The notes: generated by a model from the letters alone, not told the origin. A stretch of DNA of 29,592 nt from a virus (IMGVR_UViG_3300033551_000029:1-29592), one strand, 5' to 3'; positions 18,155 through 25,890 are shown, numbered from the stretch's first letter. A program made the numbers and translations.

Positions 18155-19215
18155 GTGACCAGTCGCGCTGGCCTGCGGGCACCCCGGTCGCCCCCGGCGG
18201 ACGCGGTCCTGGCGGGGGGCGGTTTCGGGAGCGCTGGGCCGATGCCATTGTTTACAGCTTGACTGGACACATACCGGTTCCCCGGACGCGGGTCGCGGTT
18301 GACCCGCAGATTGCTGCCGATCTGTATGCGGTTGCTCGATATGACGTGGGCGCCCCATCCGGAGTGGAGATCCAAGCTAGCCAGGAGTTGTGGGAAGAAC
18401 GCAGTCGGTGGTGGGATCGCCGCCACGACGTGAACAGCCGTCTGCGGGCGGCTGTTGATGACACTCTCTCACGCGAGCAGATCATGGAACGGGCATATCG
18501 TGATGCCGGCATCGACCACTACTTCGAGGAGTACGTCGAACGCAACGGGATAACTGACCCTGAGGCGTTCAAGCGGCAGGCCGTTGAGCGCATGCGGCAA
18601 TATTGGGCTGGGATGGAAGTCGCAATCCGGATCACTCCGACCGGCCTGGAAAGGATGTTGGGAGACCGGCGATTCCGAACGGTGCACGAGACTGGGCGCA
18701 GTGGGGGGCTGAACGACGCAGATGTGCGTGCCCGTCACGAGGCGGTTACCTGGGGCTATCTGCCAGAAGGCGATCCTCGAGCTCGGCCGGTGTATGGCTA
18801 CTTGATGGACCGGGATCGTCCAGCCGGCGACAAAGATTCGTTCGCCGACAACGGTGATGCCCTGTCGCAGTACGGTCGAGTTCAAGTGGTGTTGCGCAGC
18901 AGTGTTCGCCAACGAACTACCGCGATGTACGGCGATTCCCTGGACATGAAGCTGTTTGGCGAACCGTCCCCGGTCGATGATCCCGACTGGCGCAGCTGGA
19001 CGTTCGGTCGGGGTGGGATCTTCGGAGCCCCCTACATGGGTCTGGATCGTGACAACTTGCACACGAGCTTGGCGTACATCGAGGCACAGGTCCATGGCGG
19101 GGTGGAATCGGAAGACATCGAGCGAGTAATCTTCACAGATCGGGGGCCGCCGGCTGCGCTGCGGCGGCTGCTGGAGGAACACGGGATCGGCTGGAGCGTG
19201 GTACGCAGTGGCTGA
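18151..19215 (+). CDS. tagged effector 10: DUF3626-like (putative ART-related) domain (354 aa)
   Basis: Tag DQSRWPAGTPVAPGGRGPGGGRFR; RFRTVHETGRSGG, RPVYGYL, YGRVQVVLR, RTTAMYGDS and YIEAQVHGGV motifs. Confidence 0.75.
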   Translation: MSDQSRWPAGTPVAPGGRGPGGGRFRERWADAIVYSLTGHIPVPRTRVAVDPQIAADLYAVARYDVGAPSGVEIQASQELWEERSRWWDRRHDVNSRLRAAVDDTLSREQIMERAYRDAGIDHYFEEYVERNGITDPEAFKRQAVERMRQYWAGMEVAIRITPTGLERMLGDRRFRTVHETGRSGGLNDADVRARHEAVTWGYLPEGDPRARPVYGYLMDRDRPAGDKDSFADNGDALSQYGRVQVVLRSSVRQRTTAMYGDSLDMKLFGEPSPVDDPDWRSWTFGRGGIFGAPYMGLDRDNLHTSLAYIEAQVHGGVESEDIERVIFTDRGPPAALRRLLEEHGIGWSVVRSG

Positions 19216-20326
19216 CCAGGCGCGTTGGCCCCGGGGCACGCCGGTGGCCCCCGGCGGCCGTGGCCCCGGCGGGGGGCGATTCCGCGACGCCGAGGTCGAT
19301 TGGGCCGACCTGGCGGTCGATCGAATGATGCCTGCCCGCAACCCCCGGCTGGGGCTGAGTCGCGCCGAGCTCCAGGACCTGATCGACAATCCGCCCGAGT
19401 CCATTCCGGGACCACCCAGAACGCTGCCGGCTCTGGACGCAGCAGTTCAGATGATGCAAGACGAGCTCGGCGAGTATGAGGTGCAGCACGACGGCGCCTG
19501 GCGGCAGATGGCCTCCATTGCCCCCTTGTCGGTTGGGGGGCTGCTATACCGCTCCTGGGTGCCCGAACAGTTGCAGTGGGAAGTCGGCCGCGACGAACCT
19601 GTCACCTTCCGGCGCCACCCCCCGCCATACACCCGGGAGGACATCTCCGATGGCGGTGGGAGCTACACCCAACGCGTGGTGTGGAACGATGGCCGGCGAG
19701 TCGTAGTCAAAGGCGGCGGCGCCACCCGGGACACCGATGCGGAATATCTGGCGAGCCTGGTCGGGCAGGCAGTCGGAGCTCCGGTGCCCGAAGTGCTCCG
19801 GATCAGCAGTCAGACTGTCTGGATGGGCCATGTCAGTGGCGATTCGGGGATGATGGTTGCACAAAAGCGCGGCCTGGACCCGTACGAGGTCACCGACGAC
19901 TGGGAAGAGATCTGGGCCGACCAGGAACCCGGGTGGCGGCTCGGGTTGCTCGACGTGCTGATCATGAACGAAGACCGACACCACGGCAACTGGCTGTTCG
20001 AGGACCCATCCGACCCCGCCAGCATTGTTGGGATTGACCACGGTCGGGCCTGGTGGGTTGCCGACCGGTTGCGCCCGGTTGAGCCCGGGGAGCGCCCGAT
20101 CGGCTTGAAGCCTGATTGGACGGCTATCCGGCGGGCGGTCTACGATGGGGCAGTGCCCCACGGTTGGCGCACCGATCGGACGACCCTGCAGGAGGTGCAG
20201 CAGATGGACGCCCGAATCCGTGCACTCGAGCCCGAGTTCCTGGCGCTGGACCGAGGGCGTTGGTTCGACCACACGCTTGCTGCTTGGGACAGTTTCGTAG
20301 CCGCGATGCAGGCCGACCATGGGTGA
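19208..20326 (+). CDS. tagged effector 11: HipA / PI3-PI4-kinase-like kinase (372 aa)
   Basis: Tag DQARWPRGTPVAPGGRGPGGGRFR; VVK, AEYLAS, LLDVLIMNEDRHHGNWL and VGIDHG motifs. Confidence 0.82.
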   Translation: MADQARWPRGTPVAPGGRGPGGGRFRDAEVDWADLAVDRMMPARNPRLGLSRAELQDLIDNPPESIPGPPRTLPALDAAVQMMQDELGEYEVQHDGAWRQMASIAPLSVGGLLYRSWVPEQLQWEVGRDEPVTFRRHPPPYTREDISDGGGSYTQRVVWNDGRRVVVKGGGATRDTDAEYLASLVGQAVGAPVPEVLRISSQTVWMGHVSGDSGMMVAQKRGLDPYEVTDDWEEIWADQEPGWRLGLLDVLIMNEDRHHGNWLFEDPSDPASIVGIDHGRAWWVADRLRPVEPGERPIGLKPDWTAIRRAVYDGAVPHGWRTDRTTLQEVQQMDARIRALEPEFLALDRGRWFDHTLAAWDSFVAAMQADHG

Positions 20327-21554
20327 TCAACCGAGGTGGCCCGCCGGCACGCCGGTGGCTCCTTCAGGGAAGGGACCCGGCGGGGGGCGGTTCCGGGCAA
20401 CTGGGCCGATACATTGGCGGGTGTTCCCGACCGGTGTGCTGCCCGATCTGGTTCCCGGGGACGACTCGCGCGACGCAGTCCTGCAGATACGCCGGGGCGA
20501 GGAACATGGTGGTGGGCTAGGCCGGTGGTGGTTCGCTGCGGGCGATGAGGAGCACAACGACGAAGAATCGGCCCGACGCGGCGCTGAACACTACGGTGGC
20601 GAGGGTCAAATCCTGGTCGGGGCTCGGTTTGAGCACCCGGAGCGGTTGGAGAGCCCCAGGCACTCCAGTGGGCTCTATGCCCGCGAACCGCTGCAGTTGT
20701 TGGTCGAACAGGTGCACGTCTGGGAGAACGGTCGGTGGGAGCCGATCGAGGTACCGGAGGGATTGACCTCTTGGACTTCTGCGCCGCACGATTGGGCCGA
20801 ACAGGTGGCGGGACGGCTGCCCGGTGAGCGTCGGGCGGCCGGTCGCGAAGCACTGGAGGCGATTCCTCTCAGCATCCGAGACGGTCGGGGATTTGCCATT
20901 GCGCTCTTCGGGGACCAGGATTACTATGCGCCCGGTGGCGGCGCCGACACGCTCCACGCGATCCACGACTACCAGTCGGTTGGCTATCGCGACGTTAACC
21001 CACACCTGCGCAATCCCGCCGAGGTTTCTCTTGCGCGCTACCGGCATCGCTGGGGGCAGTGGGAAAGTCCGGATGATATTGAAGCCATGGCCAAAGTTGA
21101 GGCACGAGCGCAACGGCTGATGGAGCTCATGGGAGAACACGTTACGCTGATCGATCGCGCATTGGATGCGTCGCGCACCGAGAGAGATGTCGAGCTCTGG
21201 CGTGGGTTCGACGGTGGATATCTTGGCGATCTGTCAGTTGGGTCTACTTGGTCCGATGGGGCTTACACCTCTACCACGGCAGACCGGGAGGTTGCCTCGA
21301 TGTTTGCATCACACGAAGCCGGGGGCGTGCTTGTGCGGCTTCTCGTCCCTCGGGGAACCCCGGCATTGCGGATGTCTGACTTCTATGCCCCGGGGACAGC
21401 TGATGGCATCCGTGGTGAGGCCGAGGTGTTGTTGGGTCGGGGGCTTGAGTTCGTGGTGGTGGCCGACCGGGGGATAGTGGAAGTCGACCAAGAAGCTGAT
21501 GGGACGCCGCGCATGGCCCGGGTGTTCGATGTGGCAGTCCGAGAGATGGAATAG
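20319..21554 (+). CDS. tagged effector 12: unknown N-domain plus VIP2-like ADP-ribosyltransferase (411 aa)
   Basis: Tag DQPRWPAGTPVAPSGKGPGGGRFR; DWAEQVAGRLPG linker; YRDVNPHLR, ELWRGF, AYTSTTAD and GEAEVLLGRG ART motifs. Confidence 0.85.
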   Translation: MGDQPRWPAGTPVAPSGKGPGGGRFRATGPIHWRVFPTGVLPDLVPGDDSRDAVLQIRRGEEHGGGLGRWWFAAGDEEHNDEESARRGAEHYGGEGQILVGARFEHPERLESPRHSSGLYAREPLQLLVEQVHVWENGRWEPIEVPEGLTSWTSAPHDWAEQVAGRLPGERRAAGREALEAIPLSIRDGRGFAIALFGDQDYYAPGGGADTLHAIHDYQSVGYRDVNPHLRNPAEVSLARYRHRWGQWESPDDIEAMAKVEARAQRLMELMGEHVTLIDRALDASRTERDVELWRGFDGGYLGDLSVGSTWSDGAYTSTTADREVASMFASHEAGGVLVRLLVPRGTPALRMSDFYAPGTADGIRGEAEVLLGRGLEFVVVADRGIVEVDQEADGTPRMARVFDVAVREME

Positions 21555-21559
21555 AAGAC

Positions 21560-22678
21560 TTGACTAGCCCGCTGCCGACAGCACCCGACCCCACTCAGCT
21601 GGCGGTCGAGCTCGCGGCTGCCCAGGCGGTCACCGGCGGGCTGCAGGCCCAGCTACAAGAAGCCACTCGGCAGATCATCGGGCTATACATCGCGTACGCC
21701 GGCAGTGTCAACAACCCGATCCCGCAGAACGCTCGACGGGCATTCACTGCAGCCGCCGCCCGCGTCATCTCCTCGGTCGTGGTCGACATCCGGCAGGTCC
21801 TGTGGGAGATGGTGTGGCAGGCGCTGATGGAAGGGCAACGCGCTGCCCTGTCCTATCTGGCCGACTCGACCCAGCAGATGCTGACCCAGTACGGTGCAGC
21901 CGCCTATCACGAGGCAGTGGCCGGCGCGGTCTCTGCGGCCAGGTCGTACGGTGGCCAGGCGTTGGGCACCGCGCAGTGGGCAGGCAACGTGGTGTCGACC
22001 GCACAGGCTCGGCTGGACGCTGCGCTCATGGCAGCGCGCTCGCACCACCGTCTGGCCGCTGTTGGCGGCGGGGAGATCACGTTCGAGTCCGTGTTGGCGG
22101 GCCTGGCACCCCTGCAGCAGACCTTGAACGATCTGGAACGTGACACCCGGTGGGCGATCAACTCGGCATTCAACCAGGCCAGCCGCGACATCTCCGACTC
22201 ACACGGGGTGGCCCGGATGTGGGTCGCGGAAGAGGACGCCTGTCTGCACTGTCTGGCGCTGTCCGGTGAGATCGCCGGCCCTGGCCGCCCGTTCGACGCC
22301 GACCTGACCTACTACGTCGCCCCCAATGGCAACCTGAAGCCCCTGCCGGTATATCCGGTCGGTGGGTACCTCTGGGGGCCGCCGCGCCACCCGAACTGCC
22401 GATGCAGCCAGATACCCGTACCGGAGCTCTCCGGTTACCCGGTGATGCCATGGGAGGCGCGGGAATACCACCCGGCGCAGGCGCTGCAGCGGGAAGCTCG
22501 CCGCTCGGTCCTGCGGGGCGACTCCGGATCGGATTCACTGCCTGCACGGCTGCGGGCTACTGCCGGGCTGTTGGCCATCGGGGCTCGTCTGCCCCGGTCT
22601 GTGGAGGCTCGAGCTCGTGCCGCACTGCGCGCCGGACGCTACCCGGATCGGCGTTGGGATAGGTCGCAGACACCGTGA
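21560..22678 (+). CDS. MuF-like (SPP1 gp7-like) minor head / head morphogenesis protein (372 aa)
   Basis: WVAEEDACLHCLALSGE ... GPPRHPNCRC signature; directly upstream of scaffold. TTG start uncertain. Confidence 0.8.
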   Translation: MTSPLPTAPDPTQLAVELAAAQAVTGGLQAQLQEATRQIIGLYIAYAGSVNNPIPQNARRAFTAAAARVISSVVVDIRQVLWEMVWQALMEGQRAALSYLADSTQQMLTQYGAAAYHEAVAGAVSAARSYGGQALGTAQWAGNVVSTAQARLDAALMAARSHHRLAAVGGGEITFESVLAGLAPLQQTLNDLERDTRWAINSAFNQASRDISDSHGVARMWVAEEDACLHCLALSGEIAGPGRPFDADLTYYVAPNGNLKPLPVYPVGGYLWGPPRHPNCRCSQIPVPELSGYPVMPWEAREYHPAQALQREARRSVLRGDSGSDSLPARLRATAGLLAIGARLPRSVEARARAALRAGRYPDRRWDRSQTP

Positions 22679-22731
22679 TCTAGTAAACTCGACCCCAACA
22701 ACCAGCGAGACGCTGAAAGGAACCGGTCGAG

Positions 22732-23568
22732 ATGACCCTTCAGACCTGGCCCGTCCTGCTCGGGTATACCCCTGGCGGCAAACCGATCTACCACATCGCG
22801 GGCGGCGCTCCCATCACCGCTGAGCCGGACGACGACGACTTCGACGACGGCTCCGATGGCGACGATGGTCCGGCTGCTTCGACGACCACAGCCCCCCCGA
22901 TGCCCGGGGTGCCTGCTGCGGCCCCTGCAGCCGCCCCGACTGTCGAAGATCTGCAGGCCCAGCTGGAGCGCTCGCAGGCCGCGAACCGGCGCAACAACGC
23001 CGAGTTGACACAGCGCCGGCACGTGCAGAAGTTCATGGACAAAGCCGGGGTTCGGACCTACGACGAACTATTGGCGAAGTTCGGGATCGACCCGGACGGC
23101 AACCCGGTCGCGCCTGCCGCCCCCGAACCGGCCGCCACTGCTCCTGAGCCGACCGCCGCCACCGAGCCGGCGCCGGTGGATGAGACGGAGATCGAACGCA
23201 GGGTACGCGCTAAGTTCGAGCGCGACCTGGCGCAGAAGGAGGAGCGGGCAGCCGCTCTCACGGAGGCCCTGCGTAGCACGGCGATCCAGGCTGCCCTGAC
23301 TGCGGCCAAGTTCACCGGCACCTTCGAGAAGGCATTGCTGGTCATGGACTTGTCCAGGGTCGATGTCGAGGAGGACGGCAAGGTCACAGGGGTGGAGGCA
23401 GCGGTGCAGGGCTTGCGGGAGGAGATCCCGGAGTGGTTCCGCCGCGAAGCCCCCCCGCCACCACCTCGCCGGCAGGTCGGGGTGGACCGGGGTGACAAGC
23501 GCCAGCCGGCGGCCAGACCCCCGACATGGGAGCAACGGGCTGCGGACCGGATGATCCGGGGACGCTAA
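22732..23568 (+). CDS. capsid scaffolding protein (278 aa)
   Basis: Upstream of the MCP; acidic and Pro/Ala-rich start, coiled coils, GVEAAVQGLREEIPEWF motif; AAAGGAA RBS. Confidence 0.85.
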   Translation: MTLQTWPVLLGYTPGGKPIYHIAGGAPITAEPDDDDFDDGSDGDDGPAASTTTAPPMPGVPAAAPAAAPTVEDLQAQLERSQAANRRNNAELTQRRHVQKFMDKAGVRTYDELLAKFGIDPDGNPVAPAAPEPAATAPEPTAATEPAPVDETEIERRVRAKFERDLAQKEERAAALTEALRSTAIQAALTAAKFTGTFEKALLVMDLSRVDVEEDGKVTGVEAAVQGLREEIPEWFRREAPPPPPRRQVGVDRGDKRQPAARPPTWEQRAADRMIRGR

Positions 23569-23572
23569 GACC

Positions 23573-23645
23573 CAGGCGCCCCCCATTGCCCCGAAACGGA
23601 CAACCGGCGAGGGTGGTGGGGGGCGTCCTGTGTACGTGCTACAAT
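23573..23645 (+). promoter_or_regulatory. hairpin followed by an extended -10 (TGCTACAAT) upstream of the major capsid gene
   Basis: CAGGCGCCCCCCATTGCCC pairs imperfectly with GGGTGGTGGGGGGCGTCCTG; TGCTACAAT at 23637-23645. Confidence 0.55.
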
Positions 23646-23756
23646 CGTAGACATCAGGGGGCAAGCCTCCCCCCGCCCGGGATGGGCATCCGCTCGCGAC
23701 GAGCACACTCGAGACGGACCTATCCCGCGTGGCGCGGGGGGAGGATTTTCAACCCG

Positions 23757-24848
23757 ATGGATCGCATGAAGCTTCCCGGCCGGGCCGAATGGCTCGTTGT
23801 GCCGGACGAGGACATCAACCCGTTCAAGTCGGCCCCCGGGGTGCTGCTCGGGTTCACCGACAGCGGCAAGCCGATCTTCCACGTGACCGGTGGTGCGCCG
23901 GCCAACGTCGACGACTGGATCCCGATCGAGTACGACTCCGAGGTCGTGCAGCGGGTTCTGATGGAGTCGTGCATCGAGCGTTATGCCAACCGCGTGCCGA
24001 TGCGCTCCAAGACCAAGAGCATCCCGCGTTCGGCGGGCATCGTGGTCTCGGCCGGCACGACCTACACCGACGACACCTCCACCAACGACGAGGTGACGAT
24101 CACCGCCCGCCGGTTCATCGCTCGATTCAAGATCGACGAGGACGACCTGGCGGACGCCTCGACTCGGGTCGACGTGATCCGCACCAAGGGCGTGGACTGG
24201 GCGATCTCCTACGCCGACACGTTCGACAACGCGTGTCTCGCGGTCACTGGCGCGGAGAACGGCACCACGGTCCCGTTCACCAGCCTCTACCGCCAGCTGC
24301 GTTCGACCGACAACGACGTGTCGTACACGGCGGACGACAACTACCTGACCTGGGATGACGACAAGATCGCCATCAGCGGCACCCCGGACGGCACCTCGCT
24401 CTACGAGAAGCTGTCGGGCATGTTCCGACTCGTCGAGACCGGTAAGTACTGGTCGCCGGCCGACTCGCTGGTGATCGCCCACCCGGGCTGGCGCGACGCG
24501 CTGCGCCTGTGCACCGACGCCCAGGGCCGTCCGATCTTCCAGCCTGGTGCTGGGTTCGGCCTGCCGGGCAACGGCACCCCGGACATGCTGTTCAACACGC
24601 CGATCTCCTGGAGCCGTGGCGCCAAGACCTCAGCGCTGAACAGCGGCTCGCCGGACGGCAACGACCTGATCTTCTTCGTCAACCGGCGATTCCTGCGCCG
24701 GGGCGACCGGTCCGGTCCGGAGACGCTGACCGACGACGCGCGGGCGCAGGACGACACCGACGACTACGCGATCAAGTTCCGCACGCGTCGGGCGTTCAAG
24801 TGCACCCACCCGGCGGCTGCGGCCGTGGTCGAGCGGCTGACCGACTAA
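23757..24848 (+). CDS. major capsid protein (HK97 fold, ~363 aa)
   Basis: GGAGG at 23740-23744; WIPIEYDSEVVQ, DEVTITARRF, LRLCTDAQGRPIF and HPAAAAVV motifs; extreme GC3 bias; alternative start 23766. Confidence 0.9.
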   Translation: MDRMKLPGRAEWLVVPDEDINPFKSAPGVLLGFTDSGKPIFHVTGGAPANVDDWIPIEYDSEVVQRVLMESCIERYANRVPMRSKTKSIPRSAGIVVSAGTTYTDDTSTNDEVTITARRFIARFKIDEDDLADASTRVDVIRTKGVDWAISYADTFDNACLAVTGAENGTTVPFTSLYRQLRSTDNDVSYTADDNYLTWDDDKIAISGTPDGTSLYEKLSGMFRLVETGKYWSPADSLVIAHPGWRDALRLCTDAQGRPIFQPGAGFGLPGNGTPDMLFNTPISWSRGAKTSALNSGSPDGNDLIFFVNRRFLRRGDRSGPETLTDDARAQDDTDDYAIKFRTRRAFKCTHPAAAAVVERLTD

Positions 24849-24874
24849 GCCCTCTGCGAGAGGTTGTAGCAACC

Positions 24875-24906
24875 CACACCGGCCGGGCCGACACCCGGCC
24901 GGTGTG
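24875..24906 (+). terminator. 13-bp perfect stem-loop after the capsid gene
   Basis: CACACCGGCCGGG-ccgaca-CCCGGCCGGTGTG; no U-tract, as is common in actinobacteria. Confidence 0.65.
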
Positions 24907-24927
24907 TCGTAGGGAGAGGGGGCGGTT

Positions 24928-25257
24928 GTGACCACACCGGTGTTCAACGTGACCGGCTCGGAAGCCGGGACCATCGTGATCAGGGTCCAGATGCAGGACT
25001 CGGACGGCGTCGCCATCGATCTTTCCAGCGGCTACACCGGCCAGATCCAGGTCCGCGAGACCGACCTGTCCGAGGATGTCCTGGCTGAGGGGACGGTCGA
25101 GTTCTCGGCGGACGGCATCGTGACTGCCACCATCGCGGCAACAGACACCCTGGACTGGACCACCGGGGTCTACGACATCCGGGTCGAATCGGCGGGCGTG
25201 GTCGAGTACGTCTGTCGAGGTACGATCACTTTGATCCCAACGGTGACCCGAGAATGA
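24928..25257 (+). CDS. small beta-sandwich virion protein (BppU/LtfC-like, 109 aa)
   Basis: AIDLSSGYTGQIQVRE ... GVYDIRV ... RGTITLIPTVTR pattern; GGAGAGG RBS. Confidence 0.65.
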   Translation: MTTPVFNVTGSEAGTIVIRVQMQDSDGVAIDLSSGYTGQIQVRETDLSEDVLAEGTVEFSADGIVTATIAATDTLDWTTGVYDIRVESAGVVEYVCRGTITLIPTVTRE

Positions 25258-25380
25258 GCACAACGTTCCGCCGACCGGCTGTAGTAGTCTACCGCCGCGA
25301 TGCAGTGGCCGCCGTCTACCGGCGTCATCCCGTGGTAGTCTTTAGGAGACTGGAACAAGCTGCCTAGGGAGGGCTCGAGC

Positions 25381-25890
25381 ATGGGATTGTACGACGGTTG
25401 GTCGCAGGCGCAGTTACAGGCTGCGTGCAAAGATCGCGAGCTTTCGGCAGGCGGGTCCAACGCCGAGATGACTGCCCGGCTGGAGGAGTTCGACGCCAAC
25501 CAGCTTCTTGGCGGGGACGAGCCTAAGCCGGCCAGCGCCCAGCCCGATCCTCCGGCAGAGGGTGCGGCCGACGCGCTCGCGAGGGCTGACGAGGCCAGTG
25601 ACCGCGACGACGAGTTGCACATGGCCACGGCGCCCCCACCGGTTGACCCGCCCAAGGGCAACGGGCTGCAGACTCGAGTGGCCAGCGAGCAGAACCTGTA
25701 CCGGATCGCGTTCTCCTGCCCCAGCGAACTGTCCACCGGGCTGCACGAGGATTTCCGGCTGCGGGCCTACAACCAGGCAATCGAGGCTGGCAAGACGCCG
25801 CGCGGTGGCCTGGCCGGGGTGCACCGGACTGGTTTCTCTGTCATCAATGGCGTGCGGCACGCGATCTACGCGGTGTCGCTGCGTCGCTGA
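25381..25890 (+). CDS. SAP/HeH-domain protein (169 aa)
   Basis: YDGWSQAQLQAACKDRELSAGGSNAEMTARL fits the SAP pattern; GGGAGG RBS; GTGGTAGTCT -10-like box at 25332-25341. Confidence 0.7.
   Translation: MGLYDGWSQAQLQAACKDRELSAGGSNAEMTARLEEFDANQLLGGDEPKPASAQPDPPAEGAADALARADEASDRDDELHMATAPPPVDPPKGNGLQTRVASEQNLYRIAFSCPSELSTGLHEDFRLRAYNQAIEAGKTPRGGLAGVHRTGFSVINGVRHAIYAVSLRR

Noticed and set aside
16147-20326. Classical hipBA toxin-antitoxin operons
   Set aside because: No adjacent HTH antitoxin genes; the kinases carry the shared tag and are coupled into the head operon.
1012-20400. Tag-coding segments as a CRISPR array or DNA repeat / mobile element ends
   Set aside because: Copies differ at synonymous positions, lie kilobases apart and always sit in frame at gene starts; no cas, transposase or recombinase gene is present.
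21560-22678. Calling this gene a capsid maturation protease
   Set aside because: It shows the MuF-type CxxC / HPNCRC signature and no recognisable protease catalytic motif.
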